64,000 bases of DNA from an uncultured Solirubrobacterales bacterium (GCA_963715535.1 OY970251.1:2565079-2629078); one strand, 5' to 3'. Positions 28,346 to 38,875 are shown, counted from the stretch's first letter. The notes: a model not told the origin generated them from the letters alone. Translations and numbers: made by a program.

Positions 28346-29158
28346 TTATCGCTCTTGCTCTGAGCCGGATGTTCGAGCCGGCACGTAGCTCGCTTTCCCA
28401 GCGCAGGTCCCGCACAGCGTCTTGTACCACGGATAGTGTGGCGGTGTGCGGTGCAGTGATCCCGTTGCTCCGCAAAGCTCGCAGGTGACGTTTGCTCGCT
28501 TCTCGGCGGTGTCCACGAGCTTCTCGGCGAGAGCGATGCGGCGCTCGAGGTCGGCGGTCCGCCGCTTGCCCTCCGATGTTTGCAGGTATCGGTCGAGACG
28601 GTCCCACCACGCTTCGTGCTCGCGCCTCCATTGTGTCCATGCCTCCTCGCTCCCGTCTCGTCCCGGTGTCGGTGGCTCGGCGTCGTTGGGATCGTGGATG
28701 TCCTCGCCGCTTTCCCAGTAGTACCGCAGTCCGCCGCACTTCTCCTTGATCTGGTGAATCACATAATTTGGCAGCAGTGCGCGTAGTTGCTCGTCAAGCT
28801 CGACAATCAGTGAATACCAGCCACTGTCACATGAGATCGAGCGCCCACAGCCGTCGGGGATGCGTCGCAGCATTGCGGCCAGCGCCTCGGCGTGCTCGCC
28901 CGCATCGGTCGGGATATGCATGGAGTTCAATATCTGCTGATAATCGAGGCCGCGCGAGGCTTGTTTCATGGCGCTCCACGCCGCCCGAAAGCCGTTGTCG
29001 TCATCGCCAACAGCGGCGGTGGCGATTTGCCTCGTCGCGTCCGCGAGCGCGTCCCACCGCGCCTGTACGTCGCTGGGCAGAGTTGTTGGCTCCGGTACGG
29101 CCATATCCGATTGATCGCGCTGCTTCACTTCATTACCGTCCTGATCGGGCTGCTTCAC
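28346..29158 (-). CDS. Phage-like hypothetical protein with C-terminal Zn motif
   Basis: GWY.LI.EL..QL, QIKEK.GGLRYY, CELCG...LCGTC motifs. Start uncertain. Confidence 0.7.
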   Translation of the reverse strand: MKQPDQDGNEVKQRDQSDMAVPEPTTLPSDVQARWDALADATRQIATAAVGDDDNGFRAAWSAMKQASRGLDYQQILNSMHIPTDAGEHAEALAAMLRRIPDGCGRSISCDSGWYSLIVELDEQLRALLPNYVIHQIKEKCGGLRYYWESGEDIHDPNDAEPPTPGRDGSEEAWTQWRREHEAWWDRLDRYLQTSEGKRRTADLERRIALAEKLVDTAEKRANVTCELCGATGSLHRTPPHYPWYKTLCGTCAGKASYVPARTSGSEQER

Positions 29159-29206
29159 TTCATCATCGGTGTGTCATGGTCGTCGCGCGACCGTCCGCCG
29201 TTGGAT

Positions 29207-29521
29207 GTCGGAGGTTGCGTGAATACAGTCCCCTTACCCACCCTCGCCGGCAAGTCAGCGTCTGGTAGTGCTCGATTCCCCGTGCGCCGTTCGCGGTGCG
29301 CATTGCTGGGCTGATTGGTGCGCGGGGTTCGAACCCGTGTGCCTGCCCGAGCGATCCTTTCCAGGGATTTGGTATCGCGGCTCTTTGGCCGGCCGCTGGC
29401 CTTGACGCTCGCCCTTGTTCGGCTACCGACTGCTCTTGTTTCCGTTTCCTCTCCTCCCAGTTTGGTGTTCGGCCTCCTCTCGGCTTCTTGAAACCGAGTC
29501 CACTCCAGCCTTCCTCCCGAC
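29207..29521 (-). ncRNA. Candidate structured ncRNA (~315 nt) directly downstream of the DIP1984 gene
   Basis: Closing stem GUCGG(G)AGG/CCUCCGAC; hairpin CUCGGUUU-CAAG-AAGCCGAG; D-loop-like AUCC-CUGGAAA-GGAU; T-arm-like CGGG-UUCGAAC-CCCG; 7-nt repeats; no credible ORF. Confidence 0.65.
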
Positions 29522-29523
29522 CC

Positions 29524-30009
29524 TCACTCCGCCAGCGTGGTCTGCCAGTTGTGCTCCTGCACCCTGTTGTCCAGCTTGCGCCGTTGCTTGGCCAGGTCGT
29601 CGAGTCTGTCCTGTAGCTCGCTCACACGCACGTGACGAACCATGCGAATCTCCGAGCGGCTGTAGCGCGAGAATCCGCCTCCCAGAGCTCCGCTTTCGCC
29701 GGTGGCCGCCTTGATAGCGGCCCGCAGAGCGCCCTGGCGCAACGCGATCACGTTGCGGCGCGCAAGCGATTCGGTCACGGTCGCGCCGTCTGACAGTTTT
29801 GCCGAAGCGTTTGCATGGTTGATCTTTGCGATCAACCCCTCCAGCTCCGTGCATAGTTGATTGATCTCTCCCATCAGGGCCTCCGGGTCCTCGGGTGGCT
29901 CCTCGTCTTCCTGGGCTACGACGCAGGCGCGCAGGCGGTCCTGCGGCTGGGCGATTCGCTTCTGCAGGTCGGCCCGGCGGTTGAGCGCTTCTCCTATGAG
30001 CATGGTCAT
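29524..30009 (-). CDS. DIP1984 family coiled-coil protein
   Basis: MLIGEALNRRADLQKRI, QEDEEPPEDP, LIAKINHAN, TVTESLARR, RYSRSEI and LDNRVQEHNWQTTL motifs. Confidence 0.9.
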   Translation of the reverse strand: MTMLIGEALNRRADLQKRIAQPQDRLRACVVAQEDEEPPEDPEALMGEINQLCTELEGLIAKINHANASAKLSDGATVTESLARRNVIALRQGALRAAIKAATGESGALGGGFSRYSRSEIRMVRHVRVSELQDRLDDLAKQRRKLDNRVQEHNWQTTLAE

Positions 30010-30027
30010 GGGCGCAAAGTATTGCAT

Positions 30028-30039
30028 ATTATAAGTATC
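30028..30039 (-). promoter_or_regulatory. Operator-like box GATACTTATAAT upstream of DIP1984
   Basis: Shares GATACTTATA(A/G)T with the box upstream of the AAA ATPase gene (32774-32785). Confidence 0.55.
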
Positions 30040-30198
30040 ATCGCAAGCTCATTAGGTTCGAGCCCCATGTTTGCCGGTATCTACAGTGATTTCGATCAAA
30101 CTTGGGCGCCGATGCTGCGTAAGACGTGCCAACAGCCACACGACTGACGCCAGCTGTCTGTAGACTCATCGGCTGCCGGCCGGCAGCATCGATGAACG

Positions 30199-30438
30199 AT
30201 GCCAGCCAGATCCCAAGACCACGCCGCGCTCGGCCAGGCGATCAGGGAGCTGCGCATCACGACCAGCCTCTCCCAGGAGGCGTTCGCCGACCGGTGTGGT
30301 TTGCACCGCACCTACATCGGCGGCATCGAGCGCGGCGAGCGCAACCTCAGCTTCGCCAACCTGCTGCGCGTTGCCCGCGCTCTCGGCGTGCGCCCCTCGG
30401 AGCTGTTGGTGCGCTACGAGCGCTGCCTACGGGAGTGA
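30199..30438 (+). CDS. XRE-family (C-protein-like) HTH regulator
   Basis: LGQAIRELR...SQEAFADRCGLHRTYIGGIERGERNLS. Confidence 0.92.
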   Translation: MPARSQDHAALGQAIRELRITTSLSQEAFADRCGLHRTYIGGIERGERNLSFANLLRVARALGVRPSELLVRYERCLRE

Positions 30439-30473
30439 GGCACTCGTCCGGCGCTCGTCCGTCATGGCGCGGA

Positions 30474-32741
30474 CTACCCCGCGAACCCGAGCTGCTGTCG
30501 CTTCAAGCCCAGCATCTTCGCCTTCGCCTCAGCCGCCAGCTGCTCGATCCACGCTGCCGGGGAGAGCTCCTCTCCGAGCATCTGCGCTTGGCGCTTGACC
30601 GTGGCGAAATCTCCGGGCGCAAGATCCTCGATGGCCTCGAGCGCCCGCCCGAGCTCCTCTGCGTGCTCGGGCTCCGCGGTTGGGTCGAACCCGCTCTCCA
30701 CGCAGAACATCGACCACGCCTGCTCTCGCCGCAGCGCGCCGAACTCGAGCTTCCACGTGAAGCGGCGCATCGCCGCCGCGTCGAGCGAGTCCATCAGGTT
30801 TGTGGCCGCGATGAAGATTCCCTCGAATCGCTCCATCCGCTGCAACAGCTCGTTGACCTGCGTCACCTCCCAGTGGGCGCGCGCGAGGGTGCGGTCGCGC
30901 AGGAACGAATCGGCCTCGTCGAGAAACAGCACCGCGCCCTCGTTGTGGGCCTCCGCGAACATCTTTGAGATTTGCTGCTCGGTCTCGCCAAGCCACATCG
31001 ACAGAAGCTCGGAGGCCGAACGCATGAGGATCGGAAGGTCCAGCTCGACCGCGATGTGCTCCGCGAGCTGCGTCTTGCCCGCGCCTGGTATGCCCCAGAA
31101 GCACAGCGAGCCCACCGGATGCTTGCGCAGAGACGCGATGATCTGCCGCGGCGCGAAGCGTCCCGCGATGTTGAGCAGGTCGAGGTCGTAGCTGGTCACC
31201 GAGTCGCGCAGTCCCTCTGTGCGGTCGCGCCCGAGAACCTTTTGACTATGGGCGACCGCGCGCTTGATCACACGCTCGCGCTCGGCGTCCAGCCGCTCAT
31301 CGGGCGAGGTCGGCCCATCGCCCTCGGTGGGCACGATCAGACGAGCGAGCTCGGCCGCTTGGCGGACCTGCTGCTCGCCGAGCAGGCTGTACTTCGCGAG
31401 ATCGCGCTCCAGTCCCGAGGAGAGGTCGAAATCTGAGATCACCTGCGCCACGCGCATTCGTCGCTCCGCGCGTGAGCCCGGGAACGCTTCGCAATGAAAC
31501 AGGAACGCCCCGAGATTGCGCTCCGAGAGCTGTCGTGCGCGGTCCGTTATCCACACGCAGCGCACACGGCTTCCGGTCAAACCCTCGTCGGAGGCCCGCT
31601 CGGGATCATCGTCTTGAACGAGCTCGTCGTCATCGAAGTCAAAGAAGCGAAATCCAGTCAGGGGCCGGGACGCGAGCGCCTCGTGAGCGCGGTCAACGAC
31701 CAGCACTGCGTCGGGGTCCGATCGCTCCACGTGGCGCTGCGCGATGTACGTCCAGGTGGGCATGTCTCCCGCGGGAACGTGCCTGGTGACGACCGCGTGC
31801 CCGCGGAACCCCTCGTCTTGGAGCAGCCGCGCCATCATGTCTCGCTTGTCCACCGACTTCGGGCCGTAAACGAGCGCGTGCACGCCGCGATCGTCGGGCA
31901 GCGGCTCACGGAGGACGCCGAGGAGGATCCGCCTGTCGTCTTCGTGCAGCCGTCCGAGCGATCCCGTCGAGGGCGAGGGCAAGAGCGGCTTGACGAACCG
32001 TTCGACGAGCTCGGCATCGCCCTCTGCGGGCTCCGCGAGCGTGGCGCTCAGATGGTGGGATGGGCCACTCACCCCTAACGGACGCTCTTTGACGCTCAAC
32101 AGGCCCGACCGCGCCAGCGTCCCCCGCTCCGCCAGCACCGAGGCCACCTCTGAGTCCGGACTGCCGAGCGCCGCTCCAAGCACCGCCGCCGTCGCGCGGT
32201 CGGCGTCCATCAGCAGCTCGAACAGCTGCAAGAACCCAGGCCGAGGCGGCCTATCTGGAACGCGAGCACCTCGCGCTCGGTCGTGGTCAGACCCCAGCAG
32301 GCTTGCAATGCGGTCCATGTTGTCATCCAGCGGGGTCACGAACCGCGACGCCTCCACCTTCGCGGCTTGCGCCCAGTCGCGCAACGCATCTCCAAATGCG
32401 TTCTCCTCTTGCGTCGATCAGGCCGAACGCGCCCGTCCCGCGTCAGATACAGGCGCACGAAACGTCCGCTGGTGCGCTCGCCGAACTGGCGCTGGAGGTC
32501 CTTCAGCGTCGGCAACAGCTGCTCATCCGCCGCGCTCGCCGCACTGTCGTCCCCGGCAAGCGGCTCAGGCGGCGATGACGGCCGCGGCGCAACTCGCATA
32601 CAGCAACGCAAACAGATGCGGGTCCGCGGCGAGCAGCCAGCCAAAGCCGGGGCTCTGCGCCAAACATAGCGTCCACGCCGCCATCTGCTGCGCGCCGGGC
32701 GTTTCGAGAGGGTTTTCGGATGAGCTGTGCTGGGGGTTCAT
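30474..32741 (-). CDS. AAA+ ATPase with degenerate first and intact second AAA module; N-terminus frameshifted
   Basis: Second module: GIPGAGKT, LFLDEAD, AATN, LDAAAMRRF. First module: YGPKSVDK, VLVVDRA. Upstream frames extend the gene to ATG 32741. Confidence 0.85.
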
Positions 32742-32773
32742 AGTGATCGGTCGCGCACGCTCGCGGACAGATG

Positions 32774-32785
32774 ACTATAAGTATC
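32774..32785 (-). promoter_or_regulatory. Operator-like box GATACTTATAGT upstream of the AAA ATPase
   Basis: Resembles C-protein boxes (GACTATAAGT) and matches 30028-30039. Confidence 0.55.
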
Positions 32786-33276
32786 GCATACAACTGTCAC
32801 GGACGCGCGCGAGGCGACGCCGTCTCGACCCGTTCGGCAACCGTTTCGAGTTCGCGGTGCGGTGGGTTCGGCGCTGCCACCGACCACTTCGCAGCGGAGG
32901 GTCGTCAGCTCCAACGAATGTGGACGCCGTGCGCGGGACGCGCTCAGTCGATCAACGCTTGCTGTCGGGATGGCGATGGATCGTCGGGCGCGACACGCAC
33001 GCGTCCGTCATAAATGGCATCGTCGAGGAACGCTCGCATCAGCTTCTCGTGGGCGCGGTAGCTTCCCGGTGGTCAGGAACGCCTTCAGGCGACCATTGGT
33101 CAGCGCCCGATTCAGGACGCGAGACGCATCCGCTGACCCAGTCGCGTCGATCGACGCTCGCCAACAGAAGCAGGGAGCTTCCTGTAGCGTTGTGTCCTCG
33201 AAGGTGATCTTATGATCTCTGCGGGGGACTCAGACAAACCTGATGCGAGCCCCGCGCGGGTGCCCGACTGTCCGCG

Positions 33277-36200
33277 ATGAGGGGGCGGTTGGCGCTGACC
33301 GGAAGATGGCGCGGCGCCCTGGGGTTGGTACTCGGCCTAGTGCTTTGCTGGCCGGTAATGTCGAGCTTGGCGGCCTCGGGTCATCGTCGGGGGGCAGGCG
33401 GTCTCACTAGCCGTGTCGTCGCGGTTAGCGCGCAGCATCGGAAGCTCGCCGAGTTGGATGTGTCGGCTGCGGCGGTGAAGTTGTTGGCGGGGAATGTTCT
33501 GGCGGGTTCCGCGACGGTCGGCAACATCGGGGACTGTCCGGGCGAGGTCGTCTACGGCAGACGTGGCTTGGAAGTCGAGCGGTAGTGGTGGGTTGGTCCA
33601 GTTGGGGAAGTTCGAGGTGCCGGCGTTGAAGCCTGGTCAGCGCCACAAGGCTCGTTTTCAGTTTGATCTTCCCAAGGGTGCTTCGGGCAGCTATGAGGTC
33701 AGCGTGTGCGCGGATGTCTTGGGCCAGGTTCACAGCAAGAAGAATGACTGCCGCGACGCGGGAGTCATCACGATCCCAGGTTCTGGCGTGAAGGCATCGG
33801 GGCCAACGAGCCCCGAACCCTCCTCGCCTCCTACTAACCCAACTGCACCAGGCGGCAGTCCGACGCCACCTGCCTCGAGCCCCCCGGATACCGTAATCGA
33901 CAGCGGCCCGTCCGGGACCATCGGACAGTCCTCGGTGACGTTCACGTTTCACGGCAGCGACACGGACGATACGTTTCAGTGCAGTCTTGACGGAGCGCCG
34001 TGGGCGTCATGCACGAGTCCGCAGGCGTACACGGCGCTGGCGGAGGGTGCCCATACGTTCCAGGTACGCGCGGTAAACGCTGCCGGTGAAGTGGACGCGA
34101 CGCCCGCCAGCGTGTCGTTCACGGTCGAAGCGGCCCCGCCGCAGACGACGATCGTGAGTGCTCCGAGCGGGCGTGTCCCAATCGGGGAAGTCTCGATCTC
34201 GTTCGCGTCCACTGAGGCCGATAGTTCCTTCCACTGCAGTCTCGACGGCGCCACTTACAGTCCGTGCGTTTCGCCTGATGTGGTCAAGGACTCGGCGGCG
34301 GGTCCGCACACGTTCAAGGTGCAGGCGACCAATCAAGCCGGTGTCACGGAAACCGCTGTGCCACCGTCGGCGTCGTGGAGTTCAGTCGAACCGCAGCACG
34401 ACCTCTGCGGCGCGATCTCGAGCAACACCACCATCGGACCCGACTACGCCGCCCGTTATGTCATCACCTGCAGCGTGACCGTAGCGAGCGGAGCGACCCT
34501 GACAGCACAACCAGGCACCATCATCAAGGCCGAACAAGGCACGCGGGTCTCCGCCGAAGGCACGCTGGATGCGGTGGGCACTGAAGCCGAACCGATCACG
34601 TTCACCTCAACCAACGACAATTCGGTTGGCGGGACTACGGGCAGCGGCTCTCCGCGAGCTGGAGACTGGGAAGGGATCATGGTGGGTGGTGAAGGTGTGT
34701 TGCGTGTGGGGGATGCGGCGATCGATTATGGCGTGTTCGGTATTCAGGGCGAAAATGGTCTGGGCGGCGACGATCTCGGTGCGTTCTCTGTTACTCACTC
34801 GTCGATCAGCGACTCCTTGCAGGAGGGCCTGTTCGTTCGGTTGGGGTCAACTGACACGCCAACGATCAGTGACGACACTGTCGATGATTCCGGCGGTCCG
34901 GCGATGGCGATCGAAGGGACGAACTTGAGTGCCTCGACGCTTAGCGGCAATTCGGGGACTGGCAATCACGGCGGCATGTTTATCGGTGGTGCGATCACCG
35001 CGAGCGGCACGATCACCGAGAGTGGGCTGGACCCCACGATCGGCGCCCAGTATGTCGTCAGCGAGCTCACGGTTGCTGCGGGAGCGACCCTCAAGATCCC
35101 GGCCGGCCAGACATGGAAGGGCGCCGACCACGGTCAGCTCGCCGTCGAAGGCACCCTCGAAGCGGAAGGTACTGCGAGCGAACCTGTCACGTTCACGTCG
35201 ATCAACGACGGCACCGTCGGGGGCCACGCTAACGGCGAAGGCGAAGAGGGATCCCCCAAGCCCGGAGACTGGGAAGGGATCATGGTGGGTGGTGAAGGTG
35301 TGTTGCGTGTGGGGGATGCGGCGATCGATTATGGCGTGTTCGGTATTCAGGGCGAAAATGGTCTGGGCGGCGACGATCTCGGTGCGTTCTCTGTTACTCA
35401 CTCGTCGATCAGCGACTCCTTGCAGGAGGGCCTGTTCGTTCGGTTGGGGTCAACTGACACGCCAACGATCAGTGACGACACTGTCGATGATTCCGGCGGT
35501 CCGGCGATGGCGATCGAAGGGACGAACTTGAGTGCCTCGACGCTTAGCGGCAATTCGGGGACTGGCAATCACGGCGGCATGTTTATCGGTGGTGCGATCA
35601 CCGCGAGCGGCACGATCACCGAGAGTGGGCTGGACCCCACGATCGGCGCCCAGTATGTCGTCAGCGAGCTCACGGTTGCTGCGGGAGCGACCCTCAAGAT
35701 CCCGGCCGGCCAGACATGGAAGGGCGCCGACCACGGTCAGCTCGCCGTCGAAGGCACCCTCGAAGCGGTCGGCACGGCGGTAAAGCCCATCATTTTCACG
35801 TCGATCAACGACAACTCCGTTGGGGGAGAAACCGGGGATGGCACCCCAGAACCTGGTGAATGGGCCGGGATCGAAGAGACCGAAGCGTCAGCGGTGCTCG
35901 ATCTCGCCGACGTGAGTGTGCGCTATGCGGGCACCGCTTTGAACGTGACGGCTGGAACTGCGGCTATCCGCGGGAGTTTTGAAGCCGAACACGACCTCAG
36001 TGGTCTGCGGGCGTGCATATGGGGAGAGGAATGTAGTGTAGACGCAGCCTACACCTATTCGGGGCAGCCCGAGTGGACCGGGGTCTTCGGGTGGAACGGA
36101 CGTTGCTTGCGGTGCGGTGACGACGACCCCATATCTGACTTCTCCGGCCGGAGAAGAAACGGTGACAGAGTCCTCGGTTTTTGCACCCGGAGACTGTGGC

Positions 36201-36548
36201 AGCGGCACCATACCGCCGGAGGAATTGACTACTGCTGAAGCAAGCACTTTGATAACTGTTGACGGTCTGGAAATTAGGTGCGGAGAAGGTTTTGAAGAAG
36301 CGTGCGAAGTCATCCGACAATATGAGAAGTGCATGTCCGCTGCGACTACACTTGCGCAGCAGAGCGCGCCATACAGCTTCTCGGACGACGCACAGGACGC
36401 CGCCTCGGCAGGCGCGGGCTTTATCGCCAAATCGGAGAAAGCTGTGGTCAGCGGCCTGGCCAGCGTTGCGAGCTTTGGACTCGACCTAATCGGTGTGGCA
36501 AGCACAATCCACGACATAGCCGCCGCATACAACAAGTGCGACCCGTGA
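33277..36548 (+). CDS. Large secreted protein (CARDB-like, two Ig-like domains, beta-helix repeats, Cys-rich tail); frameshifted
   Basis: Signal peptide in 33277..33585; FQCSLDG..CTSP Ig-like units; repeated PI.FTS.ND...PG.W.GI; tail in 36117..36548. Confidence 0.8.
34661..35768. repeat. ~505-bp direct repeat (34661-35165 and 35264-35768), period 603 nt
   Basis: Translations are identical, and the nucleotides matched wherever I compared them by eye. Confidence 0.9.
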
Positions 36549-36730
36549 GCACGATGAGCACTCGCGTGCGCGCGTGTCAGTGGCTTGACTGGAAATGAGG
36601 CAGCGGTCTGGCTGTGGCTGACGGCTGCGCTCTACACGAAAGGTGCTCGCGCGACTTGGCCGCTGCCACCGCATCCTGCGATGCACGTGCCCGCGGTGAG
36701 CAGTGGCATGATCAAGCCGTCCAGCGCACG

Positions 36731-37864
36731 TTATGTCTTTCTTCGATACAGCGCCGGCGCGGCAAGCCCCGCGACACCGATGAGGATCAGCGCCAACGGC
36801 CAGCCGACGACGCTCGCAGTCGGTGGCCGTCCGGCGTCAAGTCGCGTGATCTGTGCGGCAACGCTGACGATGAACGCGAGCAGCCCAATCCCGCCGACAT
36901 AGCCGAGTCCACGTATGTGCCACCGGGCCGCCACGTAGACGAGCGCTACGGATACGACGAGCAGATAGAGGTCCCATCCGAAGTGTTGAAGCCCACTCGT
37001 GTGCGCCACATGAACGAGCGACGGCAGTGCTGAGCCACCTTGACCATGTGGTAGGGGCCTGACCGGGAAACCCCGATGCGGCACGAAAGGACGAGGTGGG
37101 AGTCTGTGGTGAGAGGCCGCGTATGTGCGAACTGCTCGGGACATGTTGCCTTCGAGGCCGATTGGGCGAGCCCGAAGCTGGCGGGGAGTAGCGGTTGTCA
37201 CGCTCGGGCCTTCGGTGATCGTCAGTAGCGGTCGAAACGCCGCGATGACTCCGCCGACGACAACGCCGAACACGCCGGCGGCCACCGCTGCGATCCCGCC
37301 CGCTGTGGCGATCTCGCTCGCTCCGATCGCTTTCGCGCGTGCATGGCGGGCGGCGACGGTCAACAGCAGAGCTCCCGCGGCGACCAGCAGCCAGCGCGCG
37401 GTGTTCGCGGACGGGTGGTGGAGGATCTTCTCCCACATATACAGCCATGCGATGAGCGAGGAGAGACCGGCGAGCAGCGCGGCGTAGCGGATACGCGCGC
37501 GGCGGGTCGCGTAGGAGGCGAGCAGGCAGGTGACAGTGAACACACCCGCGAGGTACAGGGGATGATTCGTGCGCGCGCCGACCCATTGCAAGAACGCGAG
37601 CAGCGCGATCGGCCACAGCAGGATCGCCTCGACCATCAGCACCGTTTGCCACGGGCGGGGCCGATCGTCGCCGGGAGGATCGAGCACGCCGAGTGCGAGC
37701 GCATAGAGGACGACGGCGGGGATCAGGACGACGAGCATGAGCGCATAGTCGCTCCACTCGTGATGGCCTGACTTGCGAGCGAACAGGACGACCGCGCCCG
37801 TCGCTAGCAGCAGTCCACCGATGCTCCGCGACAGGTCCGTCGCGTTCCCCCTGGACAGCCTCAT
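36731..37864 (-). CDS. Multi-pass membrane protein
   Basis: About 10 hydrophobic helices. Confidence 0.75.
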   Translation of the reverse strand: MRLSRGNATDLSRSIGGLLLATGAVVLFARKSGHHEWSDYALMLVVLIPAVVLYALALGVLDPPGDDRPRPWQTVLMVEAILLWPIALLAFLQWVGARTNHPLYLAGVFTVTCLLASYATRRARIRYAALLAGLSSLIAWLYMWEKILHHPSANTARWLLVAAGALLLTVAARHARAKAIGASEIATAGGIAAVAAGVFGVVVGGVIAAFRPLLTITEGPSVTTATPRQLRARPIGLEGNMSRAVRTYAASHHRLPPRPFVPHRGFPVRPLPHGQGGSALPSLVHVAHTSGLQHFGWDLYLLVVSVALVYVAARWHIRGLGYVGGIGLLAFIVSVAAQITRLDAGRPPTASVVGWPLALILIGVAGLAAPALYRRKT

Positions 37865-38003
37865 GGCTCATACACGATAACCCTCGCGCGGACGAAGGAG
37901 TCCAAATGTTGCGCTCGCGGCGGCTTGACGTGTCTTACGGAGCGCCTCGGATTCTTTCATCGGCTGCACAAACTCCGTCCGGCACGCCGAGCAATATGTC
38001 TGC

Positions 38004-38348
38004 ATGTTCGTTCCGGTCGCGATCTTTATCGTGTGTCTGTGCGTCGGCGCTTTCGCTGGTGCGCGCTGGCTTCCTGACCTGGCCGACGGAACCGTGGGTG
38101 GCCTTGCGTTCTTGGTCGTCTGCGGCTTGCTTGGTGCCGCTTTTGCAGTCGTGGGTCTGCGCATCTACTCGATCGTCCACGGGCTGGGTGGAACCAGTGG
38201 CAGCTTCCGGTCTGAGCTGGTCGCGACTGGTCTCAACGGCATGCTGTGGGAGGCTGGATCGCTCGCCGGGATCGCCACAGCCATATATCTTCTGGCACCC
38301 GCTGCTGAGACCACAGACCAAGCTTCAGGCTTGGACGGCGCGAGCTGA
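38004..38348 (+). CDS. Small three-TM membrane protein
   Basis: Hydrophobic ORF; the true start may be upstream. Confidence 0.55.
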   Translation: MFVPVAIFIVCLCVGAFAGARWLPDLADGTVGGLAFLVVCGLLGAAFAVVGLRIYSIVHGLGGTSGSFRSELVATGLNGMLWEAGSLAGIATAIYLLAPAAETTDQASGLDGAS

Positions 38349-38416
38349 CTGATCAAGCGGCCGCGGCCCCTACGGCCGGCTACTGAGATACCAGTCTTCT
38401 TCAATACGAAGAACAC

Positions 38417-38451
38417 GGTCGCGGATGGATGTTTAATCCCGCTCCCGCTAT
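38417..38451 (+). other. Decayed second tRNA-Met 3' fragment (old att site)
   Basis: AATCCCGCTCCCGCTAT matches 24434-24450 at 15/17 positions and is preceded by GGTCGCGG. Confidence 0.5.
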
Positions 38452-38875
38452 CGCCTTATCAGGGACCTTCTTTCAGCTTGATCGTCTTCGTTTCGACACC
38501 ATTCCGTTGCGGCTCAAGTTCGCTTGCCTGGCGATTCGAGTCCTTTGAGCGCAGCGACGCGGTCGTCGATGACAAATATGTCTTGGCGCCACTGGCCAGG
38601 CCACGCCGCTAGTAGAAGGTCGCCGTCATCAGCAGCCTCCAGCATGGCTCGCTTCTCTCCGATCGCTTGCGCTTGTATGACCAGGCCACCCGCGGAGCCA
38701 ACGCAGCGATTCGTCGGAGTCGGCGAGTGCCGGTGTCGCCGCAGCTCGCGAGGTCGGTGCCTGCGCAGAAGCCGCAGCCGGCACCGTAGGCGGCTATTCT
38801 AGGTCTCATGGCTGGTGTCGGGTTCTGCTTGAGGTTGCCTGATTCTCAAGCCGGATTGGTTGTAGCTTCCAAAGC

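Larger units (their letters stand above)
24450..38451. mobile_element. Second, older island in tandem at the same tRNA-Met; no integrase seen
   Basis: Bounded by the tRNA fragment at 24408-24449 and a decayed copy at 38417-38451. TA and accessory cargo inside; ordinary metabolic genes resume at 38876. Confidence 0.5.

Noticed and set aside
29300-29375. tRNA gene suggested by GGGTTCGAACCC
   Set aside because: No 7-bp acceptor stem or anticodon arm on either strand; kept only as a tRNA-like module of the candidate ncRNA.
38510-38809. Frameshifted minus-strand gene (...LLAAWPGQWRQDIFVID...)
   Set aside because: Protein-like fragment, but start and frame could not be fixed with confidence.
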